A stretch of 64,000 nt of DNA from Candidatus Omnitrophota bacterium (GTDB lineage Bacteria > Omnitrophota > Gorgyraeia > JABMRG01 > JAFGKX01), in assembly GCA_043797125.1 (NCBI GenBank), contig JAZDPX010000014.1:1755-65754 (forward strand), given 5' to 3'. The notes below the pieces were generated by a model that did not search any database, had not been told where the DNA came from, and saw only the letters and a list, made by a program, of their open reading frames with translations. Made by a program: the position numbers and the translations under genes. This document shows positions 20,512 to 28,671 of this stretch, in pieces (the first letter of the stretch is position 1; every line of letters begins with the position of its first letter).

Positions 20512-22479
20512 ATGAAGAAAATACTTAACTTAATACTAATAACTGTGTTTTTGCTGCCTCAGCAGGCGCAGCAGGCGCAAGCCTTGCGCCCAATGGCAAC
20601 GCATGCAGAACAAGAACGCGCGGAAATAACCAGAAAAAGCTTGGTGTGTCATGCGCTATTTGATGATATTGCTAACTTATTAGCTTCCGTAGAATATTTC
20701 TATTTGTGTCTTAAAAAGATACCGCAACGCGAACCACATTCTATTCCCGAAGAGGATTTTAACCTTGTTTTCGATAGCGCAAAACGCCTGTCTAATTTTC
20801 TTCATCACGTCAGAAAAACAGGTTCTTTTAGCCATTCTTTAATGGTCGAGGAATTCTCAAAGGCAGCCAATAGCGATGTTTTATCCGCGCTTAAAAGGCT
20901 TGAGGAGGCTTTTGATGAATTCAAGCGTAGTCTAAACGAAAAACATGTTAATGACCGCGACAATAGGCATCTTGATGCGTTGGGAAAGGTATTTTTAAAA
21001 CTAAAGACCACAATCGAGATTATCCAGGCACAGATATTATTTTTAGAGCGCAAAAACACAACAAAGATAGTGCGCCTTTCAGAAGTTTTGGAATATCTTA
21101 AAGCAAGAAGTCAGCTTTTGCCTAAGTCGATCAGTATTTTTAAGCACGTGAACATAAGCCCTGCGCCGGATTTTATACAGGTTAAGATCAATCACATCCT
21201 TTTGCACAGGGCCTTAGGGGAGATTATAAAAAACGCGTATGAAAACAACGAAGGCAAAGAAGATCTCAGTATAGATTTAAGCTGCAGATATTCTGTTGAT
21301 AATAACGTAGAAATAATTATAAAGGACAATGGTAAGGGGTTGCCGCAGCATCTGCAAGACGCCGGGCAGGAGCTCCTGTTTAGTTTAGAAGGCACAACCA
21401 AGAAAGAGAGCGGCGGAGTCGGTATGGCAGAAGCCAAGATTATAATAACAGATGCAGGCGGCACCATACGCGCTGAAAACAGACCGGAAGGCGGCGCGAT
21501 ATTCATAATAAGCCTGCCTATGCACGAGCGAGTAAAAGTTAGCCCTGTCGCCTGGGAAGAAATAGCTGATGACGCGATAACATTTTCTGACGTAAGCCTT
21601 ACCAAAGATTTAGTTATGACGGTTAAAGAAGCGCAATATAACGGCAAAACTTACATGGCTAAATATAACGACCTTTTTGAAAAAGAAAAAACAATCCCCC
21701 AGGCGAACATTCTAGATTATTTAAATAAAACCGGCATGCCTAATATAAGCCTGGCTAAACACTTTATCGAGCATAAGGGCAGAAAAATAATCCTCTTCGA
21801 ACTTCTGCCAAAAGGCAAATCGCTGGAACGATATATGCTGGATAATGAAAAAATTTCTGAACAATGGCTTATTGAAATTATGCTTAAAGCCTCCCGCTTA
21901 GTTAAAATGCTTCATGACAGAGGCATATTTCATTGGGATATTAAGCCAAGGCATATATACATTACAGGTAAAAATGATGTCTGGCTTGTTGATTTTGATT
22001 TGGCGTTTATTACAGACGATGAAATATTAGGCTCAGGCGTAAGCCAATACGGTAGTTTGTTCGCAAAAAGTGAGTTTTTAAATAGAGACCTTCACAAATC
22101 GGGGGTTTTACGCTACAGACCAGCTAAGACCTATGGTTGGGGCATACGGGAGCCTCGTCCGGAACACGGTGAATCTTTCCCGCCTGTTCGTATAGAAATA
22201 TATTCCCTTGCCAAGACGCTGGCTTACGCGTTAATAGGCGAAGATGCTCACAACATAAATCAGTTCAACGCCGAGGTTGCTAAAAAATATAATATTTCCT
22301 CCGGGCTGATAGCGGTTTTGGATAAAGCGCTGTCTGATAAAGAATGTGATTATGACAACGTAGACGATTTCATTCGCGACCTCGAAAATTGCTTTGATGA
22401 TAAATTCTCGCAGCCGATTAAGATAACGCAGGAAAAATTGCGTTTTGAAACCCTCGCCGCCTTCGGCGAATGCGCGTAA
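20512..22479 (+). CDS. Leader-bearing fusion protein: GHKL/HATPase_c-type ATPase domain (no recognisable H-box) plus C-terminal ePK-like kinase domain. Ends with the AFGECA tail.
   Basis: N-terminal MKKILNLILITVFLLPQQAQQAQA signal-like segment then LRPMA. HATPase_c boxes: EIIKNAYEN (N), IKDNGKGLP (G1), GGVGMAEAK (G2), GGAIFIISLP. Kinase motifs: YMAK (beta3 Lys), HWDIKPRH catalytic loop, DFDLAF (DFG-like). Confidence 0.8.
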   Translation: MKKILNLILITVFLLPQQAQQAQALRPMATHAEQERAEITRKSLVCHALFDDIANLLASVEYFYLCLKKIPQREPHSIPEEDFNLVFDSAKRLSNFLHHVRKTGSFSHSLMVEEFSKAANSDVLSALKRLEEAFDEFKRSLNEKHVNDRDNRHLDALGKVFLKLKTTIEIIQAQILFLERKNTTKIVRLSEVLEYLKARSQLLPKSISIFKHVNISPAPDFIQVKINHILLHRALGEIIKNAYENNEGKEDLSIDLSCRYSVDNNVEIIIKDNGKGLPQHLQDAGQELLFSLEGTTKKESGGVGMAEAKIIITDAGGTIRAENRPEGGAIFIISLPMHERVKVSPVAWEEIADDAITFSDVSLTKDLVMTVKEAQYNGKTYMAKYNDLFEKEKTIPQANILDYLNKTGMPNISLAKHFIEHKGRKIILFELLPKGKSLERYMLDNEKISEQWLIEIMLKASRLVKMLHDRGIFHWDIKPRHIYITGKNDVWLVDFDLAFITDDEILGSGVSQYGSLFAKSEFLNRDLHKSGVLRYRPAKTYGWGIREPRPEHGESFPPVRIEIYSLAKTLAYALIGEDAHNINQFNAEVAKKYNISSGLIAVLDKALSDKECDYDNVDDFIRDLENCFDDKFSQPIKITQEKLRFETLAAFGECA

Positions 22480-22481
22480 GC

Positions 22482-22508
22482 GGTCTATGGTCAATAGTCA
22501 ATGGTCTG
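22482..22508. repeat. Tandem heptanucleotide array (RGTCNAT x4) after P1 stop
   Basis: ggtctat ggtcaat agtcaat ggtctg. Confidence 0.65.
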
Positions 22509-22514
22509 TAAAAA

Positions 22515-23297
22515 ATGAAGAAAATAACAGCAATAATAATAGCGATTGCACTAATCTTATCAAGCGCAGAGCTATCTTCTAAGACTTTACACTTTACACT
22601 TAGCACTTTACACTGCTATTCCCTGCGCCCGATGGCGACGAAATATATCAAAATAGGCGAGGGAAGCTGCAGAGTGGTTTATCAGACGGATAGCAAGGTT
22701 ATAAAAATTCTCAAAACCTATAAACAAGTCAGGCGCAGCAAGTTTCTTTTTATGTTGCCAATGAAGTTGTGCATGCTCAAATATACTATGGCAGATTATA
22801 ATAAATATGAGTATAACAGTTATCGGAATATAATTTCCAAAAGCGTGCCTGAACGCTATAGTAACAGTTTTGTAAAAATATACGGAGTTATAAAATCAAA
22901 AAAGGGCAACATCTTGGTTGCAGAGTTAATTAAAGATGCCGACGGGAAAACATCAAAGAGCCTGGCGGAATATGGCCCTGTATATGATGATGAATTTTGG
23001 GAAAGATTAAATAAATTAGAAAAGCTATTTCGTGATGATGGAATTTATTTATTGGGCATTGATGCAGAAAATATTCATGTGAAAAGGCTTAAAAACGGAG
23101 AATTAATACCCGTTTTTGTGGATTATAAGAAATTAGCAAGAAGGTTTTATCCTCGCTGGTTATTCTCCACTAAAGCAAAGCTGGAGCAGAAAACAACAGA
23201 AGGATTTAAGCGGATAAGAGAAGGGTATAATGTTGCTTCAAAAACACAAGGAATGCTTTTAGAAAAAGCCATAACCGCCTTCGCCGAGTGCGCGTAG
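22515..23297 (+). CDS. Leader-bearing small kinase-fold protein (260 aa), paralog of flanking genes. Ends with AFAECA.
   Basis: MKKITAIIIAIALIL signal-like; LSSKTLHFTLSTLHCYSLRPMA leader. Gly-loop IGEGSCRVVYQ, KVIKILK Lys, IDAENIHV and VDYKKL catalytic-like motifs. Conserved C-terminal DNA CCGCCTTCGCCGAGTGCGCGTAG. Confidence 0.75.
   Translation: MKKITAIIIAIALILSSAELSSKTLHFTLSTLHCYSLRPMATKYIKIGEGSCRVVYQTDSKVIKILKTYKQVRRSKFLFMLPMKLCMLKYTMADYNKYEYNSYRNIISKSVPERYSNSFVKIYGVIKSKKGNILVAELIKDADGKTSKSLAEYGPVYDDEFWERLNKLEKLFRDDGIYLLGIDAENIHVKRLKNGELIPVFVDYKKLARRFYPRWLFSTKAKLEQKTTEGFKRIREGYNVASKTQGMLLEKAITAFAECA
22585..22612 (+). repeat. Intragenic tandem heptamer CTTTACA x4 in the 5' coding leader of the second kinase-like gene
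   Basis: ctttaca ctttaca cttagca ctttaca encoding TLHFTLSTLH. The reverse complement (GTGTAAAG)n also occurs intergenically at 35921-35950. Confidence 0.7.
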
Positions 23298-23298
23298 T

Positions 23299-23332
23299 TG
23301 GTCGATGGTCTATGGTCGATAGTCTATAGTTG
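23299..23332. repeat. Tandem heptanucleotide array (RGTCNAT x4-5) after P2 stop
   Basis: ggtcgat ggtctat ggtcgat agtctat agttg. Confidence 0.65.
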
Positions 23333-23342
23333 AAAGAAGAAA

Positions 23343-25736
23343 ATGAAGAAAATAATAGCAATAATAACAGCGATTATATTAGCCTTATCAGCGTCAGGGC
23401 TGTCTTCCGGCACTTTACACTTTGCACTTAACACCCTACACCATTCTTCACTTCGCCCGATGGCTATGCGAGTCGAAGAAACTCCACTTGTAGCTGATCC
23501 GAAATGGGTTAGGGGAATAAGGGAAGTGGATGTAATTGATGCCAGCAAAGATAAGGCAAAGCAAATAAGGTTTTTCGGGGAAAATAAAAGTACATCAGAC
23601 GCGGTAACAACTGTAAAAAAAGCGGAGTATGATGGTAAAATCTATTGGGCAAAGCTTAATAGACATTTTCAACTTGTGGCGATAATTCGCCAAACAAAAA
23701 TTTTTAATTATTTAAGTAAACTCAAACTGCCTGGTATTTATACGCCTGAGCATTTTCTGGAACTAGAAGACGGAATAAAAGTAATGCTTTTTAAGGAGTT
23801 CCCACCAGGCGAAACACTAAATGAAAAAATAGGTAAGCTATCGGAAAGAGAAGCTATTGAAATTGTGCTAAGGGTTGCCTATATTGTTAAATCTCTGCAC
23901 GAAAATGGAATATTCCATTGGGATATAACGCCTTATAATATTTGGATTGCCGATAACGGCGAAATAATACTTTTTGATTTTGACATCGCCTTTGCAGTAA
24001 AAGATGAAATATTAGATGATCCTAACCATGACACAGCAAAAGAAATATATATAGAGCATGGAGTTTACAAGCATGGAAACGCAAACTATATGTCATCTAA
24101 AAGGTATAAATGGCGCACAGATATTCTTGATTTTTTGTTTAAAAACGCAGAAAAAGAAGATTTCCCACCGATACAGGAGGAACTTTATTCGTTAGCTTTT
24201 ACATTGTTTGTTACGATGTTAGGTGGAGACAGCAAAAAAAGCTATGAAGATTTGCCAGAACGTCTTAAGAATTTTTTGGACAAAGCCCAGTCTAATAAGC
24301 AGTGCGATTATGACAACATAGATGATTTTATCCACGACCTTGAAGATTGTCTTCAACCAGAAAAATCCAACCAGCTCATTGAGCAGCGCCCGGATACGCG
24401 TTATACCGATGGTAGAATAAGATACTGGCTTAATGTAAGAGAGCTTGAGAGGGTGTGTAGTAAAATAGCAGGAAGCATTGATTGTTCTGAAATAATCACA
24501 GGTTCAAAAAGCGGAGACCTTAATTTTGATGCAATAATTGTAGGCAGCGCCAGGTATTTTGCAGATGAATGCGGATTTGTGCCGCTCGATTTAATAAATG
24601 ATATAGACATACATTGTTTTGGCAGCAATGAAATAGCAGGGCAATTAAAAGCTGATGCAGAGAAATTCAAAAATAGTTTTTTAAATATGCTTACTGCTCA
24701 ATTATCAAAGCTTAATATTTTTCCTAAAAAGAATAACGACGTCGGGATAGATGGCGTCTTTGGCATATCCGGCAGCCGTACGAAGATGAAAATTCAGATT
24801 TTTCATCCGTTTAAAGGGTCAACGTCGCCATTTGAATTAATAACCAGGGAAAATTTGTATAATGAAAGCGCAATGGATCTAGGTAAATCACCCTACTGCT
24901 TTTATTCGTTTGAGGCTTCTAAAAATTTGGATGCTATAAATATCCGCAATATGCATACCCCGCGTGACTGGCTAAAAAACTATTTTTATTTTGAATACTT
25001 TTACGGCCAAAACAAAGTCAGGTATGGGGAAAACCGCAGCGTATTTTTAAAGGCGAAAACACAAGATTTTTTCCAACTATTAATAAAGATAGCGAACGAT
25101 GATATGCAAGAGCTTATCGATGAATATGACAGATTGGGCTATGACAAAAGGCTCTCCCTAATTCGCTCCAAACTCTCCCAGCCGATTGGGAAGACGCAAG
25201 CTGAAAAGCTCGAGCTTACCGTCTACGGCAAAAAAGTTCAGGTGAACAAGCAAATTTTCGACTCAATCCAGAATGCGGCAGTGGAAGACGCCGCGGCGAT
25301 AGCAAAGCTATCAGAGATATTAGTAAGAATGGGGTATTTAAAACCGAAGTCAAAATTAACAAAATTACACATAGAGCATTATTTAAAATTTCCGGAAACA
25401 GTTATTTTAAAAGTCTATAAGGCCCAAGAACGGGTTTCGGGATACATCTTTGCTATAATGCCCAACGGTAACGAGGCATATATCGAACATTTAGTAGTCG
25501 CTGAACCCAATGAAAATAAGGGGATAGGAACATCTTTGATGGCGAGCGCGCTGACGCAAATAGAAAAACGGAATGTGGCCGAAGTTCAAACATTGGCTCG
25601 CAGCCCGCAAAACAAGGAAATCGTTAAAAAATTCAAATTCGAGCATATAGAAGGCGACAAATATATATTAAAAGCAACGCCTTGCATAAAAAAACCACCC
25701 CAATTGATTTTTACCGCCTTCGACGAATGCGCGTAG
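23343..25736 (+). CDS. Leader-bearing fusion protein (797 aa): N-terminal ePK-like kinase domain, central unknown region, C-terminal GNAT acetyltransferase. Ends with FDECA.
   Basis: MKKIIAIITAIILALSASGLSSGTLHFALNTLHHSSLRPMA leader (first ~130 nt ~80% identical to the previous gene). Kinase motifs: IYWAK, HWDITPYN, DFDIAF. GNAT motifs: HLVVAEPNENKGIGTSLMASAL ... FKFEH. Conserved 3' DNA CCGCCTTCGACGAATGCGCGTAG. Confidence 0.8.
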   Translation: MKKIIAIITAIILALSASGLSSGTLHFALNTLHHSSLRPMAMRVEETPLVADPKWVRGIREVDVIDASKDKAKQIRFFGENKSTSDAVTTVKKAEYDGKIYWAKLNRHFQLVAIIRQTKIFNYLSKLKLPGIYTPEHFLELEDGIKVMLFKEFPPGETLNEKIGKLSEREAIEIVLRVAYIVKSLHENGIFHWDITPYNIWIADNGEIILFDFDIAFAVKDEILDDPNHDTAKEIYIEHGVYKHGNANYMSSKRYKWRTDILDFLFKNAEKEDFPPIQEELYSLAFTLFVTMLGGDSKKSYEDLPERLKNFLDKAQSNKQCDYDNIDDFIHDLEDCLQPEKSNQLIEQRPDTRYTDGRIRYWLNVRELERVCSKIAGSIDCSEIITGSKSGDLNFDAIIVGSARYFADECGFVPLDLINDIDIHCFGSNEIAGQLKADAEKFKNSFLNMLTAQLSKLNIFPKKNNDVGIDGVFGISGSRTKMKIQIFHPFKGSTSPFELITRENLYNESAMDLGKSPYCFYSFEASKNLDAINIRNMHTPRDWLKNYFYFEYFYGQNKVRYGENRSVFLKAKTQDFFQLLIKIANDDMQELIDEYDRLGYDKRLSLIRSKLSQPIGKTQAEKLELTVYGKKVQVNKQIFDSIQNAAVEDAAAIAKLSEILVRMGYLKPKSKLTKLHIEHYLKFPETVILKVYKAQERVSGYIFAIMPNGNEAYIEHLVVAEPNENKGIGTSLMASALTQIEKRNVAEVQTLARSPQNKEIVKKFKFEHIEGDKYILKATPCIKKPPQLIFTAFDECA
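23413..23440 (+). repeat. Intragenic tandem heptamer (CTTTACA-like x4) in the 5' coding leader of the third kinase-like gene
   Basis: ctttaca ctttgca cttaaca ccctaca encoding TLHFALNTLH. Confidence 0.65.
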
Positions 25737-25810
25737 GCGGTAGCGGTGGTGGTGTCAGACACCAGGCAGTAGCAAGCTGTTAGCAGGTGTCTTACACCAT
25801 ATATTAGTAT

Positions 25811-25839
25811 TTGACATATAATAATAAAAAATGTATCAT
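25811..25839 (+). promoter_or_regulatory. Sigma70-like promoter candidate (TTGACA - 17 nt - TATCAT) upstream of the hisG leader
   Basis: TTGACA 25811-25816, 17-nt spacer, TATCAT 25834-25839. Confidence 0.35.
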
Positions 25840-25884
25840 ATGTAACGGTTATTCAAAAGAGATTGCTTCGTCGCTTGAAGAGAG

Positions 25885-26165
25885 CGAAGGCTCCTCGCAA
25901 TGACGTGGGAGAGAGGCTGGAGAAAGCTAGGGCTCCTCGCAATGACGAAGGGGTGGCTATGGTTAAAATAAGGCGAAAATGGAATATAAACCCCAAGACT
26001 CGGGTTAAAGATGCTAAGAAGAAGTATGACAGGAAGAAAACGAAACAGCAATTAAAAAAAGAGATTGCTTCGGCCCTTCCCCTCGCTTCGCTCGGGACTT
26101 TGCGGGCCTCGCAATGACGATGTAGGTTCGCCGTCAGGAGACGGCTCCTACGCAATGACGGAGAC
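25885..26165 (+). repeat. Four direct copies of CTC(C)GCAATGACG in the hisG upstream leader, plus one copy of the CCCTCGCTTCGCTCGGGAC intergenic repeat (~26080-26098)
   Basis: gctcctcgcaatgacg at ~25889 and ~25932, gcctcgcaatgacg ~26106, gctcctacgcaatgacg ~26145. The CCCTCGCTT(T)CGCTCGGGAC motif is also found at ~29510 and ~55150. Confidence 0.6.
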
Positions 26166-26172
26166 AAAAAAA

Positions 26173-27057
26173 ATGCAAAAAAACATACTCAAGATAGGCC
26201 TGCCGAAGGGCAGCTTGCAGGAAGCGACATTTAAGATACTTCAGAAGGCCGGGTTTAAGATTAGTTTAAGCAGCGAAAGGTCGTATTTTCCGTCAATAGA
26301 CGATCCCGAACTTGACGCGGTGCTTTTGCGCGCGCAGGAGATGTCGCGGTACGTTGAAGACGGCGCGCTGGATTGCGGCATTACGGGTAATGACTGGATA
26401 CAGGAGAATTCATCCGATGTAATAAAAGCGGCAGACCTTGTTTACGCTAAACACAGTTTGCGCCCTGTCAGGTGGGTAATCGCGGTGCCTGAAGCCTCGG
26501 GTATAAAAACTATCAAGGCCTTAAACGGCAAGCGAATAGCAACAGAGCTTGTTAATGTAACTAAAAAATTCTTGGCCAAAAACAAGGTAAAGGCGGAAGT
26601 GGAATTCAGCTGGGGAGCTACAGAGGTAAAGGTGGCGGCCGGCTTAGTCGACGCCATTGTAGAGCTTACAGAAACAGGCTCAAGCCTTAAGGCAAACAGG
26701 CTTCGCATTGTCGATACAGTATGCACTTCCACAACGCAGCTTATAGCGAATAAAAAGGCCTGGCAGGATAAATTTAAATGCGCTAAAATCGAGGCTCTGG
26801 CAATGCTTCTTAAGGGCGCTATAACCGCTGAAGAAAAAGTCGGGCTTAAGATGAATGTAAGCGAAAAAGATTTAAATAAGGTGCTTGCGCTTTTGCCTGC
26901 GATGAAACGGCCCACCGTTTCTACGTTAGCGACAAAAGGCTGGCTTGATGTAGACACGATAATTTCCGAGGAGGAAGTTAAAAGGCTTATACCGCAGCTT
27001 AAAAAGGCAGGCGCGCAGGGGATAATTGAGTACCCATTGAGTAAGGTGATATATTGA
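26173..27057 (+). CDS. hisG: ATP phosphoribosyltransferase, long form
   Basis: [17 protein letters not shown]... is a typical HisG N-terminus, with GGAG 9 nt upstream of ATG 26173. The longer ORF from 26065 is an unlikely N-terminal extension. ~294 aa fits long-form HisG. Confidence 0.85.
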   Translation: MQKNILKIGLPKGSLQEATFKILQKAGFKISLSSERSYFPSIDDPELDAVLLRAQEMSRYVEDGALDCGITGNDWIQENSSDVIKAADLVYAKHSLRPVRWVIAVPEASGIKTIKALNGKRIATELVNVTKKFLAKNKVKAEVEFSWGATEVKVAAGLVDAIVELTETGSSLKANRLRIVDTVCTSTTQLIANKKAWQDKFKCAKIEALAMLLKGAITAEEKVGLKMNVSEKDLNKVLALLPAMKRPTVSTLATKGWLDVDTIISEEEVKRLIPQLKKAGAQGIIEYPLSKVIY

Positions 27058-27180
27058 GAATTCAAAATTCAAAATGTAAAATTAAAAATTACAATTCAAA
27101 ATTTAAAAACCGCCAGTTTTTGAATTTTTAATTGAAATTTTACATTTTTAATTTTTAATTTTGAATTAAAACGAGTGGTT
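27058..27180. terminator. Long AT-rich imperfect palindrome between hisG and the downstream small-protein gene; possible bidirectional terminator or regulatory hairpin
   Basis: aattcaaaatttaaaaac-CGCCA-gtttttgaatttttaatt core, with extended AT-rich arms (aattcaaaattcaaaatgtaaaatt ... aattttacatttttaatttttaattttgaatt). Confidence 0.4.
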
Positions 27181-27198
27181 TAAGGAGGGGCGACAACC

Positions 27199-27294
27199 AT
27201 GCCGTGCGGAAGAAAAAGAAAACGGGCCAAGATGGCCAAGCATAAAAGAAAAAAAAGACTCCGAAGAGACAGACACAAGAAGAAAAACAGATAA
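27199..27294 (+). CDS. Unannotated 31-aa highly basic peptide (MPCGRKRKRAKMAKHKRKKRLRRDRHKKKNR), resembling the small ribosomal protein bS22 family
   Basis: Strong RBS AAGGAGGGG 8 nt upstream of ATG 27199, stop TAA 27292-27294. Lys/Arg-rich pattern (KRKRxKMAKHKRKKRLRR) is like actinobacterial/bacteroidetes bS22 as recalled. Missed by the >=60 aa ORF track. Confidence 0.5.
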   Translation: MPCGRKRKRAKMAKHKRKKRLRRDRHKKKNR

Positions 27295-27297
27295 TTA

Positions 27298-28671
27298 ATG
27301 CTGAAAAGTTTCCAAAATAAGGCAAAGGTTATTTTTGTCTTTGTGGTAGTTTTTTTTGCCTATAGCCGTGCCTTTTGCGCTCAAGAAGTGGACCAGACGC
27401 CAACTTTTTTAGAGACGATAAAGCGCGCATTCGGTATCGGCCATATAGTAGAATATTACGAGCAGAAAAAAATACTGTCAAAAGAGAGCTCTTCCTATGC
27501 CCACTATATAATGGGCATAGTATATGCCAATCAGAACCAGCTGGAAGAGGCAAAGCAAGAGCTTTTACAGGCTAAAGAATTAGCCCCCAGGGAAACAGAC
27601 ATATATCTTAAACTGGCTGCCGTATGCATACGGCAGGACCAGACTGACGAGGCAATAGGGTATATTGATGAAATAAAAAAAATAGACCCAAGCGATATAA
27701 GGGCCGCTTTTTTGCAGGGCCTGCTTTATATATCTAAAAAAGACTGGACAAAGGCGACGGATGAATACGAGAAAATCGTTAAGACGTATCCGCATAATAT
27801 AGCCGCCCTTTCGTCTTTGGCCGATATTTACATAATCGGCGATAAACTCGAAGAGGCAATCAGCGTATACGAAAAATTAATTGAAGAAAAACCCGAAGTG
27901 CCCCAGCTTTATTTTAACCTGGGCATAATTTATATAAAATTAGGAAAGCTTGATAAGGCCATAGAAGTATTTAAGCAGGCAACAAAGGCGGATACATCCT
28001 ATACAGACGCTTATATATTTTCCTCAGGGCTTTTGATTGAGGCAGGCAAGGCCAGCGAGGCAATAGCTTTTATTAACGAAGGCATTGATGCAAACCCTGA
28101 AGATACGCGCCTTTTGTTTTTTCTGGGAAGCTGCCTTTATGAAACGAAAGATTATTCAGAGGCGCTAAAGCCTTATAACAAAATATTGAAACTGCAGCCT
28201 GATAACGCGGATGCGTATTTTTATTTAGGCGTTATTTACGACAAGGCCAAAGACAGGCCCGCTGTTAAGGAAAACATGCGCAAGGTAATTGAGCTTGAGC
28301 CTGATAATGACGCGGCATTGAATTATTTAGGCTATACGTACGCGGAAGACTCTGAAAACTTAGACCAGGCAATAAAACTTATAAAAAAGGCCCTTAAGAT
28401 ATCGCCTAATAACGGGGCTTATATTGACAGCTTGGGCTGGGCGTATTATAAAAAGGGCCAGAAGGAAAAGGCCGTTAGTCTCCTTGAAAAAGCAGCCGGC
28501 ATTTACGGCGATGACCCTGTAATATACGACCATTTAGGTGACGCCTATTACAGCCTGGATAAAACAAGCGAAGCAAATGAAGCGTGGGAAAGATCATTAA
28601 AGATAGACCCGCAACAACAGAGCGTAAAGGAAAAAATTTCACAACATAAGACTAAAAAGGAAAAACAATGA
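27298..28671 (+). CDS. Secreted TPR-repeat protein
   Basis: N-terminal hydrophobic signal (VIFVFVVVFFAYSRAFCAQE) and multiple 34-aa TPR-like repeats (AxxYLKLA, AYFYLGVIY, ALNYLGYTY). Confidence 0.8.
   Translation: MLKSFQNKAKVIFVFVVVFFAYSRAFCAQEVDQTPTFLETIKRAFGIGHIVEYYEQKKILSKESSSYAHYIMGIVYANQNQLEEAKQELLQAKELAPRETDIYLKLAAVCIRQDQTDEAIGYIDEIKKIDPSDIRAAFLQGLLYISKKDWTKATDEYEKIVKTYPHNIAALSSLADIYIIGDKLEEAISVYEKLIEEKPEVPQLYFNLGIIYIKLGKLDKAIEVFKQATKADTSYTDAYIFSSGLLIEAGKASEAIAFINEGIDANPEDTRLLFFLGSCLYETKDYSEALKPYNKILKLQPDNADAYFYLGVIYDKAKDRPAVKENMRKVIELEPDNDAALNYLGYTYAEDSENLDQAIKLIKKALKISPNNGAYIDSLGWAYYKKGQKEKAVSLLEKAAGIYGDDPVIYDHLGDAYYSLDKTSEANEAWERSLKIDPQQQSVKEKISQHKTKKEKQ

Noticed and set aside
22418-23548. 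Minus-strand ORFs 22418-22606 and 23324-23548, both containing the MLSVKCKV / LSAKCKV motif
   Set aside because: They are antisense translations of the conserved kinase-gene leaders and the CTTTACA heptamer array. Their recurrence comes from the repeat, not from a real antisense gene.
25863-26117. 84-aa Lys/Arg-rich ORF (MLRRLKRAKAPRND...[16 protein letters not shown]) in the hisG leader, plus antisense ORFs 25836-26167
   Set aside because: They sit on top of the direct-repeat leader region with no RBS. Basic composition is the expected translation of an A-rich leader, and overlapping ORFs on both strands argue for noncoding, probably structured, RNA.
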